In this document: positions 30,071 through 39,796 of the stretch, piece after piece | How positions within the stretch are numbered: the stretch's first letter is position 1 | Layout of the letters: each line of letters opens with the position of its first letter | NCBI GenBank assembly: GCA_037033105.1 | Contig: JAZBLF010000008.1 | Span: forward strand, 93,192-157,191 | DNA: 64,000 bases | Source of the DNA: Bacteroidota bacterium | GTDB taxonomy: Bacteria > Bacteroidota > Bacteroidia > Flavobacteriales > Weeksellaceae | Reading direction: 5' to 3' | Position numbers and translations under genes: made by a program | Notes under the pieces: generated by a model | Database searches by the model: none | The model's input: only the letters and a program-made list of their open reading frames with translations | What the model was told of the DNA's origin: nothing

Positions 30071-30415
30071 CTACGCTCTATCATATTCATCGTCCAGCCT
30101 CACAATATCATCCTCACCAAAGTAGGTGCCTGTCTGTACTTCTATGAAAACAACAGGTTTGTCTGTAAGGTTCATAATCCTGTGTTTTGCTCCTAGTGGA
30201 ATAAAGATGCTTTGCCCATAAGCTAAAGGAATCTCTTCTCCATCCAAAACAATTGTTGCATTTCCTTCAATAATTGTCCACTGCTCCTGTCTTTTATGAT
30301 GGAACTGATAAGATAATTTCTCTCCCGGATTCACCTCAATTCTTTTTAATTTGTAATGAGGTTCATCTGCTAATACAAAATATTTACCCCAAGGTCTTTC
30401 GCCTATTTCTAACAT
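30071..30415 (-). CDS. Mannose-6-phosphate isomerase type II C-terminal cupin protein
   Basis: RPWG, LSYQFHHKRQEQW, IEVQTG.Y.GEDDIVR; ATG 30415 preferred because TACTTTTG lies at 30434-30441. Confidence 0.88.
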   Translation of the reverse strand: MLEIGERPWGKYFVLADEPHYKLKRIEVNPGEKLSYQFHHKRQEQWTIIEGNATIVLDGEEIPLAYGQSIFIPLGAKHRIMNLTDKPVVFIEVQTGTYFGEDDIVRLDDEYDRA

Positions 30416-30493
30416 CGTTCTTGTTTTAATCAACAAAAGTATGATTTCAGAAAAGATTAACCAAATTCAAAACACAAAACGATTAGAATTCCT

Positions 30494-30501
30494 TAATTTT
30501 G
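30494..30501 (+). promoter_or_regulatory. -7 promoter element for gltX (divergent partner at 30434-30441 on the minus strand)
   Basis: TAATTTTG. Confidence 0.55.
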
Positions 30502-30549
30502 CACCACAATTTTTTAGTCATGATGATGACTTCTGAAAAATAACTAAAC

Positions 30550-32058
30550 ATGAAAAAAGTAAGAGTGCGATTTGCACCCAGCCCCACTGGCGCTTTGCAT
30601 CTTGGAGGCGTAAGAACCGCTTTGTATGACTACCTTTTTGCCAAAAATCAAGGCGGAGAATTTGTCCTCAGAATCGAGGATACAGACACTGCCAGATACG
30701 TTGAAGGTGCTGAGGAGTATATTATGGATTCTCTAGAATGGTGTGGGATCATTCCTGACGAAAGTCCCAAAGTGGGCGGCCCATACGCTCCCTACCGACA
30801 ATCTGAAAGAAGAGATATCTACGACAGATACAAAGAACAGATCCTAAAAACAGATTACGCTTATTTAGCCTTTGATACCCCGGAAGAATTGGATGCCATC
30901 CGAAAAGACTTCGAAGCCAGAGGTGATGTTTTCTCTTATAATTATCAGACCAGACAACAGCTTAAAAACAGTATTTCTCTTTCTCAGGACGAAGTTCAGA
31001 AATTATTGGATGCAAACGTTCCTTACGTCGTTCGTTTCAAAATGCCGGTTGACAGAACTTTGAGTCTTCAGGATATTATCAGAGGTAATTTCTCTGTGAA
31101 TACCAATACTTTGGACGACAAGGTTTTGATTAAAAATGACGGCATGCCAACTTATCATTTCGCTAATGTGGTAGATGACTTTGAGATGAAAATCTCTCAC
31201 GTGATCCGAGGCGAAGAATGGCTGCCATCAATGCCTCTGCACGTTTTACTGTACGAAGCAATGAATTGGGAAGCTCCGGAATTTGCGCATCTTTCATTGA
31301 TTTTGAAACCAGAAGGAAAAGGTAAACTCAGCAAAAGAGACGGTGCTAAATTTGGCTTTCCGGTTTTCCCGATGAATTTTAAAGATCCTGAAAGCGATGA
31401 GATCTGGAAAGGTTACAAAGAATCAGGCTATTTCCCGGAAGCTTTCATTAATATGACTGCGTTATTGGGATGGACGCCTGCAAATGATAAAGAAATCGTT
31501 TCTATGGATGAGATGATTGCTGAATTTGATCTTCACAAAGTTCATAAAGCAGGCGCAAGGTTCGATCCGCAAAAGGCAAAATGGTTTAACCAGGAATATC
31601 TGAAGACTAAATCTAATGAAGAAGTTTTGGACTTATTAAAAGAAGTGGATGAAGTAAAAGCTTTGAATTTTGCTGATGATAAATTACTGAAAATTGTTTC
31701 ATTAATGAAAGAAAGAGCGACTTTCGTAATCGATATCTTCAACGATGGGAAATTCTTCTTCGAAACACCCATTTCTTACGACGAAAAGGCATTGAAGAAA
31801 GCCTGGAATGACACTACATCAGCCGTCCTGAAAGACTTCTCAGCAAAATTGCAAACTTCAGAATTTGATTCTGAGACTTTGAAAGAAGCGATTCACCATT
31901 TTGCGGAAGAACATTCTCTGGGAATGGGAAAAGTAATGATGCCGCTTCGACTGGCATTGGTTGGCGAACTGAAAGGTCCTGATGTTCCGGATATTATGAA
32001 CATAATCGGGAAAGAAGAAACTTTGAAAAGAATAGAAAAAGCAATTAGTGTAAATTAA
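30550..32058 (+). CDS. gltX: Glutamate--tRNA ligase
   Basis: RFAPSPTG.LHLGG, LRIEDTD, VIRGEEW, KLSKR. Confidence 0.97.
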   Translation: MKKVRVRFAPSPTGALHLGGVRTALYDYLFAKNQGGEFVLRIEDTDTARYVEGAEEYIMDSLEWCGIIPDESPKVGGPYAPYRQSERRDIYDRYKEQILKTDYAYLAFDTPEELDAIRKDFEARGDVFSYNYQTRQQLKNSISLSQDEVQKLLDANVPYVVRFKMPVDRTLSLQDIIRGNFSVNTNTLDDKVLIKNDGMPTYHFANVVDDFEMKISHVIRGEEWLPSMPLHVLLYEAMNWEAPEFAHLSLILKPEGKGKLSKRDGAKFGFPVFPMNFKDPESDEIWKGYKESGYFPEAFINMTALLGWTPANDKEIVSMDEMIAEFDLHKVHKAGARFDPQKAKWFNQEYLKTKSNEEVLDLLKEVDEVKALNFADDKLLKIVSLMKERATFVIDIFNDGKFFFETPISYDEKALKKAWNDTTSAVLKDFSAKLQTSEFDSETLKEAIHHFAEEHSLGMGKVMMPLRLALVGELKGPDVPDIMNIIGKEETLKRIEKAISVN

Positions 32059-32122
32059 TCACCTTTTTCAAAATCGATTTATAAAAAAAACATTATTTTT
32101 GAGGGTTTAATCCAAACAAAAC

Positions 32123-33079
32123 ATGGAATATTTAGAATTTGAGCAGCCTGTAAAGGAATTGATAGATCAGTACGAAAAATGTGTGCAATTGGGTTCCGAA
32201 AGCGGCATAGATGTAGATGAATCCTGCAAAAAGATCAAAACCAAAATAGAAGAAACCAAGAAAAAAATATACGGAAACCTGACGCCTTGGCAGAAAGTAC
32301 AGCTTTCAAGACATCCGGACAGACCTTATACTTTAGATTACATCAACGGCTTGGCAGATGAAGGAAGTTTTGTGGAACTTCATGGTGACAGGAACTTTGG
32401 TGACGATCCTGCGATGATCGGCGGAATAGCCAGCATCAGTGGAAACACCGTAATGCTGATTGGCACTCAGAAAGGGAGAACGACCAAAGAACGCCAGCAC
32501 AGACGTTTTGGAATGTCTAACCCAGAAGGTTACAGAAAGGCTTTGCGTCTGATGAAACTGGCAGAAAAATTTGGTATTCCTGTGATAACCTTGGTTGATA
32601 CGCCTGGTGCCTATCCCGGACTGGAAGCGGAAGAACGCGGACAAGGTGAGGCAATTGCCAGAAACATTTTCGAAATGTGTTCACTAAAAACGCCGATCAT
32701 CACTATCATTATCGGTGAGGGTGCAAGTGGTGGCGCATTGGGAATTGGTGTCGGAAACAAGGTCTATATGATGGAAAATACATGGTACTCGGTAATTTCA
32801 CCGGAAAACTGCTCAGCCATTCTTTGGAGAAGCTGGGAATATAAAGAGACTGCAGCCGCAACGATGAAATTAACATCTGATGATATGCTGAAACAGGAAT
32901 TGATTGACGGCATCATTCCGGAGCCATTAGGAGGCGCGCATTACGATGCGGCAACCACTTATGAGAATGTAAAAAAAGTGCTGTTAAAAGACATCAAAAC
33001 ATTATCTAAGCAGTCTCCTGAGAAATTGGTACACGACCGTCAGGAGAAATTCATTGCGATGGGAGAATTCAAAGGGTAG
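32123..33079 (+). CDS. accA: Acetyl-CoA carboxylase carboxyltransferase alpha
   Basis: [34 protein letters not shown]. Confidence 0.97.
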   Translation: MEYLEFEQPVKELIDQYEKCVQLGSESGIDVDESCKKIKTKIEETKKKIYGNLTPWQKVQLSRHPDRPYTLDYINGLADEGSFVELHGDRNFGDDPAMIGGIASISGNTVMLIGTQKGRTTKERQHRRFGMSNPEGYRKALRLMKLAEKFGIPVITLVDTPGAYPGLEAEERGQGEAIARNIFEMCSLKTPIITIIIGEGASGGALGIGVGNKVYMMENTWYSVISPENCSAILWRSWEYKETAAATMKLTSDDMLKQELIDGIIPEPLGGAHYDAATTYENVKKVLLKDIKTLSKQSPEKLVHDRQEKFIAMGEFKG

Positions 33080-33118
33080 CAATTGGCTGTTGGCAATTTG
33101 CTTCTAGCATTTGGCTAA
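33077..33118 (+). repeat. Heptamer tandem array (x6)
   Basis: tagcaat tggctgt tggcaat ttgcttc tagcatt tggctaa; starts at the accA TAG. Confidence 0.85.
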
Positions 33119-33220
33119 ACATCTTTAAAACCCCATAAAATATAACCCTTTCAGAGTTTGAAACTTTGGAAGGGTTTTTTAATTTGTTTTGATTGACAAA
33201 CGTTGATATGATGCTGAATC

Positions 33221-33327
33221 TTCGCCCCGACTTGAGCGGAAATCCTTTTTTGCTTGGAAAAACTCTCTATTAAACTGAAATCGTGTGCAAAAAAGATTGG
33301 GAGCGGAAGGCGGATAAAGGCGCCCAA
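33221..33327. repeat. Family A element copy
   Basis: GCCCCGACTTGAGCGGAAATCCTTTTTTGC...GCAAAAAAGATTGGGAGCGGAAGGCGGATAAAGGCGCCCAA. Confidence 0.8.
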
Positions 33328-33338
33328 AATATTATCAC

Positions 33339-33373
33339 AAAAAAAAGCGGCTTCAAAATTTGAAACCGCTTTT
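33339..33373 (-). terminator. Intrinsic terminator after rpsB
   Basis: AAAAGCGG-TTCA/TGAA-CCGCTTTT stem with an A-run (U-tract on the minus strand). Confidence 0.75.
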
Positions 33374-33393
33374 CTATTTTAGATAAAATCTGA

Positions 33394-34155
33394 TTATTCA
33401 GCATCGAAATCAGCATCTGCATCTGCAGAAACTTTTTCGCCTTCCTCTTTAGATTTTTCTTTGTCTGCTTTTCTTTGAGATAAACCTTCTTTGATAGATT
33501 CTGAAACTACGCTCAACAACATATCAATAGATTTGGAAGCATCATCATTTCCTGGGATTACGAAATCCACTTTTCTAGGATCTGAGTTAGTATCTACGAT
33601 ACCAAAAACCGGGATACCCAATTTTTTAGCTTCTGTAACTGCGATGTGCTCTCTCATAATATCAACTACGAAAATAGCTGAAGGAAGACGAACCATGTCT
33701 GAGATAGAACCTAAGTTTTTCTCAAGATTTGCTCTCTGACGATCAACTTGTAGTCTCTCTTTTTTGGATAAAGTTTCGAAAGTACCGTCTTTCTTCATTT
33801 TATCGATAGAGTTCATTTTCTTCACCGCTTTTCTGATAGTTACAAAGTTTGTAAGCATACCACCTGGCCATCTTTCTGTAATATAAGGCATGTTAAGTTC
33901 TGCAGCGTGTTTTGCTACTACTTCTTTCGCTTGCTTTTTAGTAGCTACGAAAAGAACTTTTTTACCTGCAGAAGTTAATTTTTCCAAAGCTACACAAGCC
34001 TCGTCCAATTTAACAGCTGTTTTATGTAAATCTACGATGTGAATACCGTTTTTCTCCATGAAAATGTATGGAGCCATATTTGGATTCCACTTTCTAGTCA
34101 TGTGACCGAAGTGTACGCCAGCCTCTAAAAGGTCTTTTACATTTGCTTTTGCCAT
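33394..34155 (-). CDS. rpsB: 30S ribosomal protein S2
   Basis: LLEAGVHFGH, RWPGGMLTN, VDTNSDP, PGNDD. Confidence 0.98.
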   Translation of the reverse strand: MAKANVKDLLEAGVHFGHMTRKWNPNMAPYIFMEKNGIHIVDLHKTAVKLDEACVALEKLTSAGKKVLFVATKKQAKEVVAKHAAELNMPYITERWPGGMLTNFVTIRKAVKKMNSIDKMKKDGTFETLSKKERLQVDRQRANLEKNLGSISDMVRLPSAIFVVDIMREHIAVTEAKKLGIPVFGIVDTNSDPRKVDFVIPGNDDASKSIDMLLSVVSESIKEGLSQRKADKEKSKEEGEKVSADADADFDAE

Positions 34156-34362
34156 GTTTTCTTGTTTTTTGTTAGTTTACTTTCCGCTTTTCTGCAATCA
34201 ACTTTACTTTAGATGGGAGTAAAGTTTGGATGCTAAACGTAACGGGCAATAGGCGTTTGGCTTTTTGCTTATAGCAATTGGCTTTTCGCCGAGATTAACT
34301 GAAATTTAATTTTAAAAAATTCCTGCAGCCAATAGCTAATAGCCATTTGCCAACAGCAAATC

Positions 34363-34749
34363 TTAACGTTTTGAGAACTGGAATCTCTTTCTTGCTTTTT
34401 TCTGACCGAATTTCTTTCTCTCAACCATTCTTGCATCTCTTGTAAGCAATCCGTGTGGCTTTAGAAGCAAACGGAATTCTTCGTTGATAGCGCATAATGC
34501 TCTGGAAACACCCAGTCTGATAGCTTCTGCCTGTCCAGTAATTCCTCCTCCAAAAACATTAACTTTGATATCGTATTGATCAACAGTTTCTGTCAATAAA
34601 AATGGCTGATTCACTTTATAAACCAAAACATCCGTACAGAAATAAGTTTTAGCATCTTTACCGTTGATGTTAACAACGCCAGTTCCTGGCTTAACAAAAA
34701 CTCTTGCAACAGAAGTTTTTCTTCTTCCGATTTTGTGTACTGTAGACAT
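34363..34749 (-). CDS. rpsI: 30S ribosomal protein S9
   Basis: GRRKTSVARV, GGGITGQA, ERKKFG.KKAR.RFQFSKR. Confidence 0.98.
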   Translation of the reverse strand: MSTVHKIGRRKTSVARVFVKPGTGVVNINGKDAKTYFCTDVLVYKVNQPFLLTETVDQYDIKVNVFGGGITGQAEAIRLGVSRALCAINEEFRLLLKPHGLLTRDARMVERKKFGQKKARKRFQFSKR

Positions 34750-34754
34750 ATTAA

Positions 34755-35210
34755 TTATTTGAATTCGTTAACATTGATTACTTTAGGCTGCTGAGCTTCA
34801 TGTTTGTGTTCTGTTCCTTCATATAAATAAAGGTTTTTGAACAAAGCAGAACCAAGTCTGTTTTTAGGAAGCATCCCTTTGATGGATCTTTCCAAAACTT
34901 TCAGTTCGTCTTTTTTCTTAAGCTCCTCAGCAGTCATAAACTTCTGACCACCAGGATATCCTGTATGCCAGATGTAAGTTTTATCTGCCCACTTGTTTCC
35001 GGAAAGTGTCACTTTCCCAGCGTTCAAAACGATCACATTGTCTCCGCAATCTGCGTGAGGTGTGAAGTTCGTTTTGTGCTTACCTCTCAAAATCTTTGCA
35101 ACGGTAGAAGCTAATCTTCCCAACGGTTGCTCGGCAGCATCTACAACAACCCATTCTTTATTTGCTGTAGCCTTGTTTGCCGATACTGTTTTGTAACTTA
35201 ATGTATTCAC
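34755..35210 (-). CDS. rplM: 50S ribosomal protein L13
   Basis: LGRLAS, GKHK.NFTPH.DCGD, HTGYPGG, GMLPKN; GTG start; TACCTTTG promoter motif at 35255-35262. Confidence 0.98.
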   Translation of the reverse strand: MNTLSYKTVSANKATANKEWVVVDAAEQPLGRLASTVAKILRGKHKTNFTPHADCGDNVIVLNAGKVTLSGNKWADKTYIWHTGYPGGQKFMTAEELKKKDELKVLERSIKGMLPKNRLGSALFKNLYLYEGTEHKHEAQQPKVINVNEFK

Positions 35211-35571
35211 AATTTATCGTTTACGATTAAACATAATTTTCCCTTACGGGTGTGCAAAGGTAGCAAAATTTTTTCGCCTGAAAAATTAATCCGTAAAAAA
35301 GATTATAATTTTCTCATAATTAATAAGTTATTAATTGGACAATACTAATTCGCTTTATACTATTGATCTAAAAGACCTCAAAATTAGTTGAATGCTGATG
35401 ATCTAATATTCTTAAAACTGATATAAAAATTTCGATTCAAAATTCATCTATAAAAATTACAAATTAATTATTCCTAATAATAATGTAGAATTAACAGATT
35501 ATTGCAAAAAGCTAACAGTAATTAGCCAATTATAAGTCTTCTTTTTCATATTTTTGGGCAAAATTCTAAAA

Positions 35572-36618
35572 ATGAGCCACGGGAAACTGAGAGAAGAAAA
35601 AGACTGCCTGAATTGCGGACATACAGTCGAGGAAAAATATTGTCCCAATTGTGGACAGCAAAATATCCAGACGAGACAGCCTTTCCATTATCTTTTCACT
35701 CATTTTGTAGAAGATTTTACGCATTACGACGGGCAATTCTGGGGCACTTTGAAAAATCTGTTCTTCAGACCCGGAAAATTAACCAAGACCTATTTGGAAG
35801 GAAAACGCCAGACATTTGTTCCGCCGGTGAAGCTTTATATTTTTGTCAGCTTCGTCACATTCTTTCTTTTTGCCGTATTTCCGCCATTCGACATCAATTT
35901 TGAAGGAAAAGGTAGTTCAAAATTATTTTCTCAAAAGGATAAAATCTCTGAGATAAATAAAGCGCTTAACGATGCCAAGGCCAAAGAAAAGTTAACGAAA
36001 GAAGACAGTATACTCATTGCGAAGTACAGTCCTATTCTTACAGACTCCTCAAAAATAAAAGAAATTGAACAGAGCTTTGATATGGACAAAAAATTAGAAA
36101 AAAATGAAATCGCCATTTCTGATGACAATTTCATAAACAGACCCATATCACGCAAACTTGCTGAATTACAAAAAAAAGGCTACAAAAAAAGTGAGATTTT
36201 AACAGGCTTTATCGAAACAAGCATTCACAACCTTCCAAAAGCGTTATTCATTTACCTGCCGATTTTCGCTTTCATTTTATGGCTGTTTCACAACAAAAAG
36301 AAATGGTGGTACTTTGACCACGGTATTTTTACACTCCATTACTTTTCGTTTCTCTTGCTGTCTTTATTGTTGTCATTATTATTATATAAGGTTACAGAAC
36401 ATTGCAGCGTCCCTATTATTAATAAACTATTATACATAGGTATTTTCTGTATATTCACTTATGACGTTATTTACTTTTTTATAGCTCACAAACGAGTCTA
36501 CAATACTCAAAAAAGAGTAAGCTTAATCATTGGATTCTTGACGCTTTGGTTCAACTTTTTCGCCTTTAACTTTTTAATTGTAGGATTGGCAGTCATCAGT
36601 TTCCTGATGATTCATTAA
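35572..36618 (+). CDS. DUF3667-domain membrane protein
   Basis: CLNC...YCPNCGQ zinc-ribbon, RPGKLT..YLEGKR...PP.KLY; C-terminal TM helices; start taken at MSHGK. Confidence 0.8.
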   Translation: MSHGKLREEKDCLNCGHTVEEKYCPNCGQQNIQTRQPFHYLFTHFVEDFTHYDGQFWGTLKNLFFRPGKLTKTYLEGKRQTFVPPVKLYIFVSFVTFFLFAVFPPFDINFEGKGSSKLFSQKDKISEINKALNDAKAKEKLTKEDSILIAKYSPILTDSSKIKEIEQSFDMDKKLEKNEIAISDDNFINRPISRKLAELQKKGYKKSEILTGFIETSIHNLPKALFIYLPIFAFILWLFHNKKKWWYFDHGIFTLHYFSFLLLSLLLSLLLYKVTEHCSVPIINKLLYIGIFCIFTYDVIYFFIAHKRVYNTQKRVSLIIGFLTLWFNFFAFNFLIVGLAVISFLMIH

Positions 36619-36631
36619 TAATATTAATAAT

Positions 36632-36667
36632 AAAAAAGCCAGATTTCCTAAGAAGTCTGGCTTTTTT
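36632..36667. terminator. Bidirectional terminator
   Basis: AAAAAAGCCAGA/TCTGGCTTTTTT between convergent genes. Confidence 0.8.
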
Positions 36668-36725
36668 ATAAATTGCAAATATCGAATTGAAAGCAAATAG
36701 CCAAAAGCAAAATGCCATCCGCACT

Positions 36726-37058
36726 CTAAAACCTCAGCGATTTACTTTCCCGGAAACTTGCTATCATATAGTAAGCAACGAAAACTGTTGAGAATTTGAT
36801 GATGGAAGAAATGGCTGTTTCGAAGTTAAAAAAGAGCAATCCAAGAATTACCAAAACAACTATTCCTATAAAAGAAATTCCCATTTTCTTTGGCAAAGGC
36901 CAATCCGGATGGTCCACAAAATAAGCCAATCCCCAGCCGATTCCAAAAGCTGAAGCTACATAAACTTCTACCCAGAAATCTACCGGACTTCCGGTAAGGC
37001 GTCTCAGAAAAAAACTAATTAACGTGCCCACCACAAAATACATCAGCGCTTTTACCAT
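36726..37058 (-). CDS. Hypothetical membrane protein (about 4 TM)
   Basis: 110-aa hydrophobic ORF between a promoter-like region and a terminator. Confidence 0.65.
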   Translation of the reverse strand: MVKALMYFVVGTLISFFLRRLTGSPVDFWVEVYVASAFGIGWGLAYFVDHPDWPLPKKMGISFIGIVVLVILGLLFFNFETAISSIIKFSTVFVAYYMIASFRESKSLRF

Positions 37059-37116
37059 TTCAAATCATTTTTTGCAAAAGTAAGGAATGTAAATTTTATG
37101 ATGTATTAAAAGAGAA

Positions 37117-37252
37117 AACACAAAGGCACAAGGAAATAGTACCGTTATAAGTATTTTGAGGCACAAAGGAAAATCTTTGATTTTTTAATAACATTAAACT
37201 TTGTGCCTTACAATACAGCACTTTAATAATAAATGTTTTGTGCCTTTGTGTT
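37117..37252. mobile_element. MITE-like element with perfect 15-bp terminal inverted repeats
   Basis: AACACAAAGGCACAA (37117-37131) and TTGTGCCTTTGTGTT (37238-37252); nested inverted repeat AGGCACAAAG/CTTTGTGCCT; degenerate relative near 45021-45135. Confidence 0.65.
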
Positions 37253-37314
37253 ATTTTTTTCCTCATTAAAATCTCCTCAACAAAATTCCTTAGATTTGTG
37301 TAAACGATATTTTT

Positions 37315-38490
37315 ATGCGCGAAGTTCGGCTGAATTCTATTCTGGATAATGACTTTTATAAAATCACCATGCAAAATGCAGTGGTAAAACTCTTCACCAA
37401 CGAAATTGTAAAATACGAATTCATCAACCGCGGCAAACACGAGTTTCCGGAAGGTTTTGCAGAGGAGCTCAGAAAATCTGTCAATGCAATGGCAGAACTG
37501 AAACTCACGAAAGACGAAAAGAAATATCTCAAAGTCACCTGCCCCTATCTTGCCCTTCCCTATCTCGATTTTCTGGAAGGTTTTCATTACGACCCTTCTG
37601 AAGTGAAGATTGAACAGCATGGAAATGAACTCAAAGTCTCCGTCGAAGGCCTCTGGTACAGAACGATTCTTTGGGAAGTTCCTCTCCTGGCACTGATCAG
37701 TGAGTTACATTATGAGATGAACCATCTGGAAAGGCAGACCAACGAAGAAGTCATTGCCAAAACGGTGGAAAAAGGCAAGCATCTGACAGAATTGGGCGTT
37801 CCTTTTGCCGAATTTGGAACACGAAGAAGACATTCCTACAAAGTTCACAGACTGGTAATGGACGCTTTGATTCAGGATAAAAACTCCACATTCATCGGAA
37901 CTTCCAATGTTCATCTGGCGATGCTTTACAACGTAAAACCGATTGGAACGCACGCGCACGAATGGTTTATGTTTCACGCAGCAGAGTTTGGTTTCAAAAT
38001 GGCGAATTCTATCGCGCTGGAAAACTGGGTAGATGTTTACCGCGGCGATCTTGGTGTGGCACTTTCCGACACTTATACGACGGAAGTTTTCTTCCAGCAG
38101 TTTGACAAGAAATTTGCAAAGCTCTTTGACGGCGTTCGTCACGACAGCGGCGATCCGCTGGAATTTGCGGACAAAACCATTGCGCATTATCAAAAACAAG
38201 GCATCAATCCCTTATTCAAATATATTATTTTCTCAGACGGACTGAACCTCGAAAAAGTGGAGGAAATCACAAATTACTGCAAGGGCAAAATCGGGATTTC
38301 ATTTGGGATCGGCACCAATCTGACCAATGATGTTGGACTAAAACCAATGAACATCGTTATGAAACTCATCAGCGTCAAAGGCATCAATAATGAATGGATC
38401 CCGACCGTCAAACTTTCCGACGAAAAAGGCAAATACACTGGCGACCCGAAAATGATTGAGCTGGCGAAGGAGTTTTTGAGGATTAAATAA
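37315..38490 (+). CDS. pncB: Nicotinate phosphoribosyltransferase
   Basis: DNDFYKITM, EFGTRRR, GTHAHEW, RHDSGD, FSDGL, FGIGT, KLSD. Confidence 0.95.
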   Translation: MREVRLNSILDNDFYKITMQNAVVKLFTNEIVKYEFINRGKHEFPEGFAEELRKSVNAMAELKLTKDEKKYLKVTCPYLALPYLDFLEGFHYDPSEVKIEQHGNELKVSVEGLWYRTILWEVPLLALISELHYEMNHLERQTNEEVIAKTVEKGKHLTELGVPFAEFGTRRRHSYKVHRLVMDALIQDKNSTFIGTSNVHLAMLYNVKPIGTHAHEWFMFHAAEFGFKMANSIALENWVDVYRGDLGVALSDTYTTEVFFQQFDKKFAKLFDGVRHDSGDPLEFADKTIAHYQKQGINPLFKYIIFSDGLNLEKVEEITNYCKGKIGISFGIGTNLTNDVGLKPMNIVMKLISVKGINNEWIPTVKLSDEKGKYTGDPKMIELAKEFLRIK

Positions 38491-38768
38491 AATTTTTCTA
38501 TTATTTTTTTTAATAAGACAACCATAATCAATTACCTTACTAGAAGCAGAATATAATGCTGCATTTAATTGATTATCAAATTATTCCACGTAATAAATAA
38601 GTCAAACTAATTCTGTTAATTTTAATTAAAATTCATAGCCGTATCAAAAAAAAAATTAATTTTACAAAGAGTGACAGTTAAAAGATGAATGCACGGAACA
38701 TTCTCAGCAATGATATTTCTGGCATCATTTTAATACTTAAAAAGCACAACATAAATTAATTTTATACT

Positions 38769-39248
38769 ATGAGAAAAACAATCAAAATCGCGGCTCTTGC
38801 CCTGATGGTCTCAATGACAGCCGTTTCCTGCAAAAAGAAAGTTTCTGATGCAGAATTGACTACCAATGCTACAACAGCAATCACAGCTTACCCCGGGACT
38901 TCTGTGGAAGTGAAAGAAGGACAGGCGCACCTTAGCGGTGTTTTCGCAACCGAGGCCGACAAGCTGGCTGCTATCGATGCTCTTAAAAAAGTTGAAGGTG
39001 TGAAGGATGTTCACGATATGGCAACTGTTGCCCCAATGGCTGCACCAGTAGAGGTGAATATGGTAGACGCGGCCGTTCTTGCAAAAGTAAATACCGCACT
39101 GAAAGATATCCCTGGCGTAAAAGCTGAAGATATGAACGGAATGCTTACACTGACGGGTACGACTACTGCTGCCAACGCCAGAAAAGTGAAAGAGTCTGTA
39201 GATGCTTTGAAAATTGGTAAGTACGATAACAAAATCACAGTTAAATAA
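38769..39248 (+). CDS. BON-domain lipoprotein
   Basis: Lipobox AVSC; two BON-like repeats (HLSG...KKVEGVKDV and TLTG...YDNKITV). Confidence 0.82.
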   Translation: MRKTIKIAALALMVSMTAVSCKKKVSDAELTTNATTAITAYPGTSVEVKEGQAHLSGVFATEADKLAAIDALKKVEGVKDVHDMATVAPMAAPVEVNMVDAAVLAKVNTALKDIPGVKAEDMNGMLTLTGTTTAANARKVKESVDALKIGKYDNKITVK

Positions 39249-39254
39249 TCACAA

Positions 39255-39671
39255 ATGAGTTTACAAGATAAATATGCAAGTGTAGTTTCTGCAGCACAGT
39301 CTGCGGGACTTTCAGATCTTTCTGTTCAGGAGCAGGACGGCGTTTTGTACGTAACAGGAAAAGCAACAAGCAGTGCTGCGAAAGATACAGTTTGGAATGC
39401 ATTAGGCGCAATCGATCCTTCGTATACAGCAACTGATATCAACGTTGATGTTCAGGTTTCAGGATTGCAGGCCGGCGCTTCTTTGACGGTTGCAACAGAC
39501 GATTCCAACCTCAACATCCGACAGGAGCCATCTACAGATGCAGCGGTTGTAGGAAAAGCGGCTAAAGGCGAAACCGTCACTTTGGTAGAGCAGTCTTCTG
39601 ACGACTGGTGGAAAGTCAAAACAGCTGATGGCGAAGAAGGATATGCCTACGCGAGATATCTGAAAGCTTAA
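39255..39671 (+). CDS. BON-like domain plus bacterial SH3 (SH3b) protein
   Basis: N-terminal EQDGVLYV.G segment; C-terminal LNIRQEPS...WWKV....EGY...YL; no signal peptide. Confidence 0.8.
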   Translation: MSLQDKYASVVSAAQSAGLSDLSVQEQDGVLYVTGKATSSAAKDTVWNALGAIDPSYTATDINVDVQVSGLQAGASLTVATDDSNLNIRQEPSTDAAVVGKAAKGETVTLVEQSSDDWWKVKTADGEEGYAYARYLKA

Positions 39672-39694
39672 TTTAAAAACCGCTTAATCAATAT

Positions 39695-39722
39695 AAAACC
39701 TCTGAAATTCAGGGGTTTTTTC
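39695..39722 (+). terminator. Intrinsic terminator
   Basis: AAAACCTCTG/CAGGGGTTTT stem with a T-tract. Confidence 0.7.
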
Positions 39723-39796
39723 TATTTTTATGGCTTAATCATTTAACATCAGTTCAATTTTCAATCTAACTTCTAACAATCCTTTAAAAATTATTG

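Noticed and set aside
37096-37620. 174-aa minus-strand ORF
   Set aside because: It is antisense to pncB and runs through the MITE-like element; no protein-like motif.
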